Positions 28,771 to 37,807 of a stretch of DNA of 42,200 nt are shown here, piece by piece; the stretch's first letter is position 1; every line of letters starts with the position of its first letter. Made by a program: the position numbers and the translations under genes. The stretch is from IMG/VR virus record IMGVR_UViG_2522572164_000007. The stretch is one strand, 5' to 3'. Source of the DNA: a virus (taxonomy: Duplodnaviria; Heunggongvirae; Uroviricota; Caudoviricetes). The notes below the pieces were generated by a model, which was given only the letters and a program-made list of their open reading frames with translations, was not told the DNA's origin and searched no databases.

Positions 28771-29351
28771 CAGGCTTTACCCAACAGAATCCCCTTAATA
28801 CGGGACTCAAGCTGTTCACTCATCCCGTCCACGCCGCGCAGCTCGTCGGTGACCGCGTTTGCCATCTCTTCAGCAAATGCGGCCCGGATTTCTTTTTCAC
28901 GCTTAATGCTGCGCTCGGCGGCACTTTCCGCACGCTGTGCTGACAGGAGGATGTCTTTGATGAGGCGCATATCCACGTCGCTGTCGCTGTTCAGAGATTC
29001 GGTCGCGGCACGCAGGCGGCGGTACATCAGGGCGCGGGACATTTCCAGAATCAGCGCTGTGGTTTCACCGGTTGGCTTGTCCCCCAGTTCGGCCATCATG
29101 GCTTTTGTCTGCTCGCGTAAATCACGCAGGTTACGGGCAATCAGCTCATTACGGGAGGCTTCCCGGCTGATGGCCGCCGGTGAAAGCTGCTGCTCTTCCG
29201 GCAGGCCCGCCTCACGGATCAGACGGTTGATTTCCTCGCGGATCTGGACCTGCGTCAGACGTTTTTCACGCAGCATTTCCAGCAGCGGCTTACGGATGCT
29301 GTCGGGGAGCAAATCCACCTTGCGTACACGACCACGCGTCGGCTTGTCCAT
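28770..29351 (-). CDS. Terminase small-subunit-like protein (Mu gp27-like)
   Basis: 193-aa ORF immediately upstream of the large terminase gene. Confidence 0.55.
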   Translation of the reverse strand: MDKPTRGRVRKVDLLPDSIRKPLLEMLREKRLTQVQIREEINRLIREAGLPEEQQLSPAAISREASRNELIARNLRDLREQTKAMMAELGDKPTGETTALILEMSRALMYRRLRAATESLNSDSDVDMRLIKDILLSAQRAESAAERSIKREKEIRAAFAEEMANAVTDELRGVDGMSEQLESRIKGILLGKA

Positions 29352-29353
29352 CG

Positions 29354-29644
29354 TTACCCCCTTGCGCGTGGTTTCTTCACACCCGGAACGCAGGCCCGGC
29401 CTTCCGCCACATCCTGCCCCCGGCCGGTCAGCTCTGCGATGAAATAACCGTTAATCAGAACGCGTTTGCGCACCAGTCCCTGCTCGGCAAGCCAGGCAAT
29501 GTGGGTGTGAACGGTGTCGCGGGACACGCGGTGGCCGTAATCATCCAGACAGTCCTGGAGCACGGATTCACCCAGTTCACCGTTGTAATCTGCCAGCGAC
29601 CGCAGAATGACCAGACGCTGATCTTCAGTAATGAAATCACTCAT
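29354..29644 (-). CDS. Hypothetical protein (Mu gp26-like)
   Basis: 96-aa ORF; position. Confidence 0.45.
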   Translation of the reverse strand: MSDFITEDQRLVILRSLADYNGELGESVLQDCLDDYGHRVSRDTVHTHIAWLAEQGLVRKRVLINGYFIAELTGRGQDVAEGRACVPGVKKPRARG

Positions 29645-29949
29645 TGCGTTTTTTTCCTTACAGCCTGCTCCAGCAGCAGTTCGTTCTGATAGGAGACAGA
29701 GCGGAGCGTGGCGTTCGTGGTTTTCAGTTCACCCCGCAGGGTCACGATTTCCACATTCAGACGGTTGACCTCGGCTTCTGTCGGCAGTGACGACAGGCGG
29801 GTTTCCACCTTCTCAACGCGGTCGGAGAGTTTTTCAAAGGCCTCGCGGGGGACAAACGTTTTGCGCATCAGCGCCATGAATATCCCGCCAGCGGTTGCCG
29901 TCGCCGAAAGGATCGGCACAACATAATCTTTAACGATGCTGACCCACAT
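29641..29949 (-). CDS. Membrane protein with N-terminal transmembrane helix (Mu gp25-like; possible lysis accessory)
   Basis: 102 aa; hydrophobic VPILSATATAGGIFMALM followed by a coiled-coil-like region. Confidence 0.45.
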   Translation of the reverse strand: MWVSIVKDYVVPILSATATAGGIFMALMRKTFVPREAFEKLSDRVEKVETRLSSLPTEAEVNRLNVEIVTLRGELKTTNATLRSVSYQNELLLEQAVRKKTQ

Positions 29950-30157
29950 TACGGGCCTCCATGATGTTCTGGCAGTTCACACAACGGATGGCATCAGGCA
30001 CAGCAACAAGACGTGCGGCGGGGATCTCTCCGCCACAGTCCGCGCAGACACGTCTGCCCGGCGTATCCACTGCCTGGCGCTTACGTGTCAGCCGGTTACA
30101 AAGGGCGCGTTCTGATCCCCGCTCCATCACAGCCTGAGCACGATCTGAATCATCCAT
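29930..30157 (-). CDS. TraR/DksA-family C4 zinc-finger protein
   Basis: 75 aa; CADCGGEIPAARL...RCVNCQ four-Cys motif. Confidence 0.6.
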   Translation of the reverse strand: MDDSDRAQAVMERGSERALCNRLTRKRQAVDTPGRRVCADCGGEIPAARLVAVPDAIRCVNCQNIMEARNVGQHR

Positions 30158-30166
30158 ACCTTTTCC

Positions 30167-30538
30167 TTACTTCGTTTTTCCTGCCGGAACAGCAGGCGTT
30201 CCGGCCATATCAGTAAATTCATGTTGTCGCCGCGTCTCCAGACGACGAATACTGGCCTTGTCCACGTTGCAGTTCTTGATCACCGCCAGCAGTTGCAGGT
30301 TGTAAGTGACCGATGCCCCAAACGTGAACGGCTCCGGCGCAGGAGGGACTAGGCAGTCAGCCAGCCATTCAGCGGGGATCGGCACCGGCTTCACAGGCAC
30401 GTATTTCACAGACGGCCCGGCGCACCCGATCAGCCACATCATCAGGAACAGGGGCAGAGGCCGCAGGCACTGCTGCCAGCGACCGGCGGACAACGCTCTG
30501 CTGCCCCTCGCTGTGCTGAATGTTCTGTTGTTTTTCAT
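30167..30538 (-). CDS. Candidate o-spanin (outer-membrane lipoprotein; start uncertain)
   Basis: Lipobox LIGC after a hydrophobic stretch, then a Pro-rich periplasmic region; overlaps the candidate i-spanin in another frame. Confidence 0.45.
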   Translation of the reverse strand: MKNNRTFSTARGSRALSAGRWQQCLRPLPLFLMMWLIGCAGPSVKYVPVKPVPIPAEWLADCLVPPAPEPFTFGASVTYNLQLLAVIKNCNVDKASIRRLETRRQHEFTDMAGTPAVPAGKTK

Positions 30539-30869
30539 TCGTGGCCGCCTCACTGATTTGTGAAATGAGTTGCAGGGTGTGCTGCTGATTTGCCAGCACC
30601 TGACGCGCCTCATCCCGCTCACGCACAAGCACCTGATTATTGTCTTCAAGGCGCTGCGTCTTCTGGTGCATTCCCCATATCGCGGCAACCAGTACAGCGA
30701 TAATCCCCAGCGCCGCCATGCACGCCCCGGCAATCAGGGCCGGTAAGGCATTATTCACCGCAGCCACAGGACACCCCGTAACAGCAGTACCGCACACAGC
30801 AGCGCTATCATGATCGGTCGCCAGAAGCGGTTCAGACTTTCGGCAAATCGTAGCGACATAACCATTCAT
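30369..30869 (-). CDS. Candidate i-spanin (start uncertain)
   Basis: Hydrophobic LPALIAGACMAALGIIAVLVAAIW followed by a charged, Gln-rich coiled-coil-like region; directly downstream of the endolysin gene. Confidence 0.4.
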   Translation of the reverse strand: MNGYVATICRKSEPLLATDHDSAAVCGTAVTGCPVAAVNNALPALIAGACMAALGIIAVLVAAIWGMHQKTQRLEDNNQVLVRERDEARQVLANQQHTLQLISQISEAATNEKQQNIQHSEGQQSVVRRSLAAVPAASAPVPDDVADRVRRAVCEIRACEAGADPR

Positions 30870-31332
30870 CCGCCGAACGGCGGGCCTCAAGGCCGGGGAG
30901 CTTCACCCCCTTTGAATAAATCCAGCGGATATACTGCTTACAGGACGCGGGCATCTGCCCGGCATTGATCAGGCGCAGAAGCGTGGAGTTGCGAAAGTTC
31001 GTTTCACCGGCCCAGAAGATCCACGAAGCCAGCGCCACCGTCTGACCACGGGTAAGCGGCACCTGAACACGCCGATCAATGGCCGCAAAGGCCCATTTCA
31101 TGTCCTTTTCCAGTAGTTCCAGGCATTCTTCATCCGTCAGGGTCATACCCGGTTTCACATCCGGGCCGGTATGGCCGTAACAGATGGTGGGTGTACCGGT
31201 GGGATCGATATACGTGGAGTTTTCTTTCCCTTCCCAGTAACCGGTGTAATGCGTGGCAATCGTGAACGTCCCGGCACCGGCCAGAACAAGGGCAATCAGC
31301 TTTTTACGCAGTGGTGCGGGGAGTTTTGGCAT
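30832..31332 (-). CDS. lys: SAR endolysin (lysozyme, glycoside hydrolase family 24)
   Basis: 166 aa; N-terminal Gly/Ala-rich weakly hydrophobic segment LIALVLAGAGTFTIA; catalytic triad spacing E-x8-D-x5-T. Confidence 0.8.
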   Translation of the reverse strand: MPKLPAPLRKKLIALVLAGAGTFTIATHYTGYWEGKENSTYIDPTGTPTICYGHTGPDVKPGMTLTDEECLELLEKDMKWAFAAIDRRVQVPLTRGQTVALASWIFWAGETNFRNSTLLRLINAGQMPASCKQYIRWIYSKGVKLPGLEARRSADEWLCRYDLPKV

Positions 31333-31403
31333 TGTTACGCTGTCTCATGATGTTCTCTGAGTCAGCGTAACGGTGAAGGAAAGGCGGCAGGCTTTGCGGA
31401 ATA

Positions 31404-31829
31404 TCAGAAAAGTGGCGGTTGTGTTCTTGCCAGATGCAGACGGCGCTGTTCACGTATGACGGTATAAATCTGGGTTTCTGACATCCGGTAATGGCGGCGA
31501 AGGGATTCAATTTTCTCGCCCCGGTCCCAGCGCGAAAATATCTCATTGTTTCGCAGCTCGGCAAAGAGAGATTCCCCGACCGGCAGGTAATAACCCCGTC
31601 CGCCCATATAGGCTGCCTGAGCCGCAGCCACCTTGCGTGCCAGTTTGCCGGCCAGTACCGGCTCAATCCCCTGACGCTGAAGTTCTGCGCCGGTGACTTC
31701 AACCAGTTCTGACAGGGTCCGCGGCCAGTTCTTTTTGAGAACATCATCAGGGATGTCATCAAGGCGGTCGATAAGGGCGTGCAGTTGCTCACTGTCACCA
31801 CCAAACATGCTCATCTGAGTTTCTGCCAT
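31404..31829 (-). CDS. mor: Mor/C-family transcriptional activator
   Basis: 141-aa ORF immediately downstream of the GemA-like gene and upstream of lys, with a C-terminal HTH-like region. Confidence 0.7.
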   Translation of the reverse strand: MAETQMSMFGGDSEQLHALIDRLDDIPDDVLKKNWPRTLSELVEVTGAELQRQGIEPVLAGKLARKVAAAQAAYMGGRGYYLPVGESLFAELRNNEIFSRWDRGEKIESLRRHYRMSETQIYTVIREQRRLHLARTQPPLF

Positions 31830-31898
31830 ATCAGCCTCCGGTTCTCGCGTTCCCGGTAAGTTTAAAATAAAAATCCCGCGTTGTGGCGGGATTTGGGG

Positions 31899-32408
31899 TT
31901 AACGGGGAAGTGATTTTTCATACTGCCTGCAAACGGCGTCATACCCCATCAGCGTGCGTTCGGGCATTCCCATCGCGGCCAGCATTTTGCGGCGGTGCCA
32001 TCGCTTGAGACGCTCCAGCACATCTGAGGCCAGGGCGGGGTGTTGCTCCAGCCACTGCCAGTTTGCCACACCTTCGCCGCCGTTTTGCGCGGCCGTCTGC
32101 GATTTCACCCAGCGGTTAAGGGCGGTTTCCGCACCATCAGAGATAAAGCCCTGCCGGTGCATCACCTTCCAGATGGCGCGAATTTTAGCGGTCACCGTAC
32201 CCGGTTTTAAGGCCCGGTTAACCGGGTTCTGACGCACTTTAAAACCGCGTTTTTTGAAAACATCCAGCACGCGGGATAACTCATCCGGTGACATATCCCG
32301 GCAGCTGGTTTTGCCGGTGACCGCCAGTAGTACGGATGTGTAGGTTTCATCATCCAGGGCAAGCTCGCGTTTTGCCACATGAATGGCAGATATCAGTTTC
32401 CCTCTCAT
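31899..32408 (-). CDS. gemA: GemA-like protein (Mu gp16-like)
   Basis: 169-aa ORF; N-terminal ...IHVAKRELALDDETY... motif; position upstream of mor. Confidence 0.6.
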   Translation of the reverse strand: MRGKLISAIHVAKRELALDDETYTSVLLAVTGKTSCRDMSPDELSRVLDVFKKRGFKVRQNPVNRALKPGTVTAKIRAIWKVMHRQGFISDGAETALNRWVKSQTAAQNGGEGVANWQWLEQHPALASDVLERLKRWHRRKMLAAMGMPERTLMGYDAVCRQYEKSLPR

Positions 32409-32701
32409 GCTGTATCAACACTCCTGCGGATATGATAGGTATTATTTTCCCGATCGAGCTGAACCCGATACTCCGGAGGAATCACAAAAATATTAAAACC
32501 ATCATCAGTTTTTATTCTTGAGTAGCATTCCCCCTTATGATATCTGGCCAGTGTATTAATCAGAGAAGTCGCAGCCTGCCCAATCAGGTATTTTTTATGA
32601 AAAATACTGATAACTTTCCGGCACAGCCATCGTGTAATGACGAATGCACCGAAAAAGGATGTGATATATAAATACCAGAACAACTGCGAACTACTGTCCA
32701 T
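32405..32701 (-). CDS. Hypothetical membrane protein
   Basis: 98-aa ORF with N-terminal hydrophobic helix LFWYLYITSFFGAFVI. Confidence 0.45.
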   Translation of the reverse strand: MDSSSQLFWYLYITSFFGAFVITRWLCRKVISIFHKKYLIGQAATSLINTLARYHKGECYSRIKTDDGFNIFVIPPEYRVQLDRENNTYHIRRSVDTA

Positions 32702-32888
32702 TATCTTTCTCCTTATTCAGTCTTCTGCGGCATTCGGCACAGTCATCAGGGCTTTCAAATGTATCCGGCTCGCGATTATGAGCCAGATATAACCACCGTC
32801 CACATATACTGATATTTTCGCCTGTTTTAAAAAAATGATGCTTCCTGGCCATTAGTGGCCGCGCCCATCCAGCGGGTAGACTATTCAT
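32691..32888 (-). CDS. Hypothetical small Cys-containing protein
   Basis: 65-aa ORF with four Cys in a zinc-ribbon-like arrangement. Confidence 0.4.
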   Translation of the reverse strand: MNSLPAGWARPLMARKHHFFKTGENISICGRWLYLAHNREPDTFESPDDCAECRRRLNKEKDNGQ

Positions 32889-33216
32889 TTGCTTTATCCT
32901 CCATGCTGGACAGAATCATATGTATTAATGTCGGGCGTGGAGATATACGCATTTCATTAAGCGTCTGAAGGGCAGCAACAGCTGCCTGTTTATCGGTGCC
33001 TTTGGCAATTTCAGCAAGAGAATGCACAATCCATAATGGGCTTAACGCTACGGCTGAATGCAGAATCATGTCATCCATAATAATTTCTGGCATATCCCGT
33101 TTGTCACATTCTTTATCCATAAAAGAAACGATTTTTTCTGCATCTTCCGGTTTCATTCCTCCGGCGATGAGAATTTTACGATATTCATAAGACGATCTTA
33201 ATTCAATACTCATCAT
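32881..33216 (-). CDS. Hypothetical early protein
   Basis: 111-aa ORF, tightly packed in the early operon. Confidence 0.45.
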   Translation of the reverse strand: MMSIELRSSYEYRKILIAGGMKPEDAEKIVSFMDKECDKRDMPEIIMDDMILHSAVALSPLWIVHSLAEIAKGTDKQAAVAALQTLNEMRISPRPTLIHMILSSMEDKANE

Positions 33217-33228
33217 TCACCTGCCTGT

Positions 33229-33597
33229 TTAATCAGTTTCCAGTGCTTTGCTACGGGCAACAGCCTCACACTCAAAAAATACCGACTCCGGCACACGCTC
33301 CTTTAATTCACGAACAAGAAAATCATTAACGAGTTCATGACGTCTTATATTTCTTTCCTTTTCCTCCTGGCGCAATACAGCAAGGCGGTATTCAACAGTC
33401 CGGCGTTGTTTCTGAAAGACAGCCAGTGCTTTTCTGGCAGAGTTACGCCATGTATCATCGCCACAGGGTTCGTATTCAAGCTGAAATTTAATCTCTTCAA
33501 TGGTTTCTTTTATTTTTGCCAGCAAGCTAAGACAGTCGCTGATTGTCTTCAGTTTTTCATTATCAATATAACTTCTCACGCATTCACCTCCCGTCAT
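33229..33597 (-). CDS. Hypothetical early protein
   Basis: ORF 33229..33621 trimmed to the ATG at 33597, which overlaps the upstream stop (ATGA). Confidence 0.45.
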   Translation of the reverse strand: MTGGECVRSYIDNEKLKTISDCLSLLAKIKETIEEIKFQLEYEPCGDDTWRNSARKALAVFQKQRRTVEYRLAVLRQEEKERNIRRHELVNDFLVRELKERVPESVFFECEAVARSKALETD

Positions 33598-33905
33598 TCC
33601 GGTAAAGCTGAAATATGGCACCAGTGCGTCACCTGTCCGTCCTCATCTTCAAGGCAGGCTCCGGTTTCTTCATCAATAAAAAAGCCTTCATACCCCATAT
33701 GGCCGATGCGCAGTTCCTGTTGGTCACCATACTGAACAATCAGCACGACAGCCTCCATATCAGGCGGGAAAGCATCATTCAGTGAATGCCAGGGATAACC
33801 GCGCAAATCCCCGAAATAAACACCGGTCAGCGTTCCGCCACAGACCGGCATTCCGACGGCACACACAAGGGGTTCATCTGATTCAACAAATAATGTCGTT
33901 ATCAT
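33594..33905 (-). CDS. Hypothetical early protein
   Basis: 103-aa ORF; overlap-coupled to its neighbours. Confidence 0.45.
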   Translation of the reverse strand: MITTLFVESDEPLVCAVGMPVCGGTLTGVYFGDLRGYPWHSLNDAFPPDMEAVVLIVQYGDQQELRIGHMGYEGFFIDEETGACLEDEDGQVTHWCHISALPE

Positions 33906-34453
33906 GGCATTAATTCCCGTAATACAACATCTTCGGCAGTCCGACGACGGTGATAAATAAAACTCACCGCGCCCTCGGATAATTCAAATTTCTCGCCGAT
34001 TTCCCTAAAGGTAAGACGCCGTGGTGATTCAGCATCCCGTAATTCACGAATAAGACGAACATCATCGTCAGGTATGCGGGTGAAGGGCAGCAACTCTCCG
34101 TATTTTTTCATGCTTACGCCAATATATCGCGCCCGATTATGGACAGAATCCCGGTCTCGCCCCAGATATTCTCCTATTTGCTTACCGGTCATTGTTCTGG
34201 CATTTTTTCGGATAAATTTATCTTCATCAGGTTTAAATCTGAGGCGTTTGCATTTGAGCAACTCCGGGTAAGTACCGCGTAATAAAACAATCCGGTTATG
34301 TACACCCCAGAAACTTCTTTTTATCCTGACAGCAATATCCTTAACCGGGGTGGATGGATAAAGCGCAATCAGCAGCGCATCTTCTTCAGGTGTCCATGCG
34401 CGAACATGAGCGGGTGCACGGCCTTTTCTCCCCATGGGTTGTAATATCATCAT
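33902..34453 (-). CDS. Putative DNA-binding protein with two Myb/SANT-like repeats
   Basis: 183 aa; WTPEEDALLIALY...GVHNRIVLLR and FKPDEDKFIRKNA...VHNRARYIGV repeats, plus a C-terminal HTH-like segment. Confidence 0.45.
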   Translation of the reverse strand: MMILQPMGRKGRAPAHVRAWTPEEDALLIALYPSTPVKDIAVRIKRSFWGVHNRIVLLRGTYPELLKCKRLRFKPDEDKFIRKNARTMTGKQIGEYLGRDRDSVHNRARYIGVSMKKYGELLPFTRIPDDDVRLIRELRDAESPRRLTFREIGEKFELSEGAVSFIYHRRRTAEDVVLRELMP

Positions 34454-34456
34454 GCA

Positions 34457-34972
34457 TCACCCCCTGACTCGCTTTTCAGCAGCATAAAACTCATCAGACA
34501 GAATTTCGGTCATTTTCTGTTTTGCGGGTTTTACGCCGCACTGAAGGTAAATCACATCGTCAACGCAGAACCACTCCACAGGGCCAAACAGGATTGCCGA
34601 GAAATCAATGCCCAGCCAGAACAACAGTGCATCGGTTCTGGCATACGTGACGGGCGAATATTCACGCCACAGACTGTTAAGTTCGTCAGAGGCAACGCGC
34701 AGGGCTTTGGGAATACGTGATGTGCGCGGTGTGCAGCTCCAGCCATTCGACGCAGTTGGTTTTCGCCATAAATCACGATGAAAAGGATATTTGTCCTCCG
34801 TAAAACGCAGTCCCTTAAAACAAAAACCACTGATACTGAATTCAAATACCGACCGGCACGCAACATTCAGCACGGCCTCAAGGCGTTTCGCCTCATCTTT
34901 TACCGTCTGGCAGTCCTGCTGGTATTTTTGCCATGCAGCCAGCGCGGAAGGGTTTGATGTTTTAAAGAACAT
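34457..34972 (-). CDS. Hypothetical early protein
   Basis: 171-aa ORF in the operon. Confidence 0.45.
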   Translation of the reverse strand: MFFKTSNPSALAAWQKYQQDCQTVKDEAKRLEAVLNVACRSVFEFSISGFCFKGLRFTEDKYPFHRDLWRKPTASNGWSCTPRTSRIPKALRVASDELNSLWREYSPVTYARTDALLFWLGIDFSAILFGPVEWFCVDDVIYLQCGVKPAKQKMTEILSDEFYAAEKRVRG

Positions 34973-35505
34973 TACGCCACCTCCGCTGATATCCCGGCAG
35001 GCGCGGCCGTCCGGTCAACAATCAGGTAACGCAGAACGCGCGAGGTGATATTCCAGCCGCTTAAACCGCAGATAATGACGCCCAGGCGGATGTCGATATA
35101 CGCCATCACAAACTGGGGCACGCCTTCTTTCATGGCCTGCTCATCAACTTCAGCCACCACATAAACGGTTTCACAGGTCAGCACGCCCTGAGCAAATTCC
35201 CACGCCATCGACGGAATATCATGCCCTTCAATCCACGGCAGGGATTTTCTGAAGCTGCACCACTGAACATCATCAGCCGCAGACTCCTGGCTGCATTTGC
35301 GACGAACCGGCTGCACCGGGCGGGGACGCGGAATATCATAAAAACCGTTACATTCCGTCAGCACCCCGGCATCGACCGCATCACGCAGAAAATAAACCAT
35401 CGAGGATGGCGGCATATTCATTTTTTCAGCCAGAATGCCGCAGGTCAGACGCCCGTAAATACTCAGCCAGTTTTTAACCCCTTCAAGCACTTTTGCATCA
35501 ATCAT
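34972..35505 (-). CDS. Hypothetical early protein (possible winged-helix N-terminus)
   Basis: 177-aa ORF. Confidence 0.45.
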   Translation of the reverse strand: MIDAKVLEGVKNWLSIYGRLTCGILAEKMNMPPSSMVYFLRDAVDAGVLTECNGFYDIPRPRPVQPVRRKCSQESAADDVQWCSFRKSLPWIEGHDIPSMAWEFAQGVLTCETVYVVAEVDEQAMKEGVPQFVMAYIDIRLGVIICGLSGWNITSRVLRYLIVDRTAAPAGISAEVA

Positions 35506-35508
35506 GAA

Positions 35509-36051
35509 TTATTCCTCCGTCAGCGCCACATATTCAGAATGTTTAATCTCCTGGCATTCTTCAGGAATACCCCCTTTTATTTCCCTGCCATAAGCGCCTA
35601 CTTTAAACACCACGCACAGGACATCACGGGAGAGCGACGGGGTCCACCAGGAGTCCGTGTTAAACATGGAGGGGATTCTCATTACCCCCAGCTTTTCACA
35701 GAGCCAGACAAGGAAATCAGGACGCTTTCTTAACTCACGTTCAGCGGTTTCAATCATTGCGGCAATCGCCGGACCTTCAGGGCATGACTCATCAGGTCTG
35801 GCAATAAAGCACGGTCCGTCCCCGATAAAAGCCACATCATCGCGCTTACGCCAGCCCGCAGGCAGAGAACCAGAAAAATAAAACTCACTGATTACGTCCA
35901 TGGCGAACGGCTTTAAGCGCAATCCGGCAGCGCCTGTATTTTTCAGTAATGCCCGAAGAATACTGTTGCGTAGCGGTAAAACATCCCGCTGATATTCGGT
36001 TAAATATTTATTTGTGTACACTATGTCTAATTTGAAATAAAAATATGCCAT
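35509..36051 (-). CDS. Hypothetical early protein
   Basis: 180-aa ORF; preceded by a 97-bp non-coding gap after the Gam-like gene. Confidence 0.45.
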   Translation of the reverse strand: MAYFYFKLDIVYTNKYLTEYQRDVLPLRNSILRALLKNTGAAGLRLKPFAMDVISEFYFSGSLPAGWRKRDDVAFIGDGPCFIARPDESCPEGPAIAAMIETAERELRKRPDFLVWLCEKLGVMRIPSMFNTDSWWTPSLSRDVLCVVFKVGAYGREIKGGIPEECQEIKHSEYVALTEE

Positions 36052-36148
36052 ATTTCCTGTTCCTTATTTTCAGTTTACAGGCGCAGGCAGTCCCCTGACG
36101 CGAGCGCCATAATTAACACGATGTGATATTTAAAGATTTAATGCGGTG

Positions 36149-36679
36149 TTATTTATTCAGTCCGGCGTCCTGTTCAAAAGGCTCGACATAAAAACTTTCA
36201 GCGCCTTTATTCACCTTTATACCGGCAATGCCCTTCACCGCATCTGGCTCCGCCAGGACAGCTTGCTTATTCACTTCCTCTTTCGTGCGGATGAAGCGCT
36301 CAAGGCCCATACGGCGCAGCATTTCAATCACGCCTTCCACATCACGGCTGACGCTGCATGATGGCGTTCCCAGCCGCCATGACACCGTTCCGGTGGTCAG
36401 ATTGGCTGTTTTGGTTTCGCCGCCGTTCGTCAGCTCATTGCGGTTGGTTTTACACCAGTCATGAATCCCCTTAAAAAGCACTTTGATTTCTTTTTTAAGG
36501 TTTTCAATCTGCGGCGTATAACGGGCGGTGATTTCTGCCACTTCGTCATTCATCGCTGTTTCCAGGCGCAGCGCCTCTCGCTGAATATCGCCCAGGGTGC
36601 GGATATCGCGGCTGACCTCTTCACGGGTCTGCGGTGCTGCCTCGGCTGCGGCCTTTAATTTTGTAACGCGTTTAGCCAT
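36149..36679 (-). CDS. gam: Gam-like host-nuclease inhibitor (DNA end-binding protein)
   Basis: 176-aa ORF; size and early-region position match Mu Gam. Confidence 0.75.
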   Translation of the reverse strand: MAKRVTKLKAAAEAAPQTREEVSRDIRTLGDIQREALRLETAMNDEVAEITARYTPQIENLKKEIKVLFKGIHDWCKTNRNELTNGGETKTANLTTGTVSWRLGTPSCSVSRDVEGVIEMLRRMGLERFIRTKEEVNKQAVLAEPDAVKGIAGIKVNKGAESFYVEPFEQDAGLNK

Positions 36680-36690
36680 TTTGTTTTTCC

Positions 36691-36984
36691 TTATTGCAGT
36701 GTGCCTGATGCTTTATGCACGCGGTGGCGTTTAATGATGGCATCCGCCCCAAAAGCCTGTACAGATGCCTGAAATTCCGCTGAGAGAAACTGAATAATTT
36801 CAGGACTGTGATACTGGAGAATACTTGCATAAACGTCACAGAGTGACGTCGGCCTGTTATCCGTATCACGTTCTGTTTTTACATCCACACCAATCTTTTC
36901 ATGCACTTCAACACTGTCATTGCCTGCCGGTTTTTCGTCATGCGAAACATGCTCAAATTCAAAAATAACGCGTACTTTGCTCAT
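36691..36984 (-). CDS. Hypothetical early protein, paralogue B (MSKVRVIFEF...)
   Basis: ORF 36691..37011 trimmed to the ATG at 36984; N-terminus shared with the upstream gene. Confidence 0.45.
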   Translation of the reverse strand: MSKVRVIFEFEHVSHDEKPAGNDSVEVHEKIGVDVKTERDTDNRPTSLCDVYASILQYHSPEIIQFLSAEFQASVQAFGADAIIKRHRVHKASGTLQ

Positions 36985-36988
36985 GGAA

Positions 36989-37261
36989 TTACCCCTGCTG
37001 ATTAAATTCATTACCGTTAATAACCCCGGAAGCCATGCCCCTGTCTTTCATGAATGCACTGGCTTTCATTGCCACAAGCTCTGCGAAGTTTCTGCTTTCT
37101 GCCAGCATAACCACCCCAAAAATCATGGCGGGGCTATCATTTTTCTGCTTTATTCCGGTTGAACGTATATCCAGACTTACCCCCATGTGCACTGTTCCAT
37201 CAGCGTTTTTACGGATAACGTCCTCCTTGTATTCGAAAATAATGCGCACGACTTTACTCAT
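36989..37261 (-). CDS. Hypothetical early protein, paralogue A (MSKVVRIIFEY...)
   Basis: 90-aa ORF, tandem with paralogue B. Confidence 0.45.
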   Translation of the reverse strand: MSKVVRIIFEYKEDVIRKNADGTVHMGVSLDIRSTGIKQKNDSPAMIFGVVMLAESRNFAELVAMKASAFMKDRGMASGVINGNEFNQQG

Positions 37262-37539
37262 CCTCTGGCCCTCGTTCTGTTTGGATAACTGACCCGGCGT
37301 CTGACCTCACGGCAGAACTGAACCATGGCATTAAAGGCTTCTTCTTCCGTCACCGCTTCCGGTATTCCAGGAACCAGTAGCTGTTCCTGTTCATCGCGTC
37401 CATGACGCGCCACAACATCAATCACATGCCGTACCGTGGCGGGCTTTCCGGCAACTATCGGCAATGCACCTTCCGGCAGGACGTAACCAAACTCAATAAG
37501 ACCACTCGACCACGCCCATGCAATGAGATTTTTTTTCAC
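37258..37539 (-). CDS. Hypothetical early protein
   Basis: 93-aa ORF. Confidence 0.45.
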   Translation of the reverse strand: MKKNLIAWAWSSGLIEFGYVLPEGALPIVAGKPATVRHVIDVVARHGRDEQEQLLVPGIPEAVTEEEAFNAMVQFCREVRRRVSYPNRTRARG

Positions 37540-37540
37540 C

Positions 37541-37807
37541 TCACACCTCCCAGTAAACCGTGCAGCCGCTGATGCGGGTGGCCTTCACACGGCGGCGCAG
37601 GCCGTTGGTCTGTATGGTGATTTCAATTTCACCGGTTCCCTGCACGTTGCCTACCGGCGGCGTGGTTTTCAGTGCAAAACGTTGCGGATAGCGCTTACTG
37701 CGTTCCAGTACCGCACCGGCAAGTTCGGTCAGACGGCGCGCGCTGTTCAGGGAGTCGAATAAATTCATTTTGTTACCGCAGGATTGCATATTCATATAAC
37801 ACCTCAT
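37541..37807 (-). CDS. Hypothetical early protein
   Basis: 88-aa ORF; start uncertain. Confidence 0.4.
   Translation of the reverse strand: MRCYMNMQSCGNKMNLFDSLNSARRLTELAGAVLERSKRYPQRFALKTTPPVGNVQGTGEIEITIQTNGLRRRVKATRISGCTVYWEV

Noticed and set aside
31304-31804. 166-aa minus-strand ORF overlapping mor
   Set aside because: Alternative frame of the mor region with no independent start signals; mor itself has the recognisable HTH.
36672-36869. 65-aa ORF overlapping the gam end and the paralogue B gene
   Set aside because: Out-of-frame overlap with two better-supported genes.
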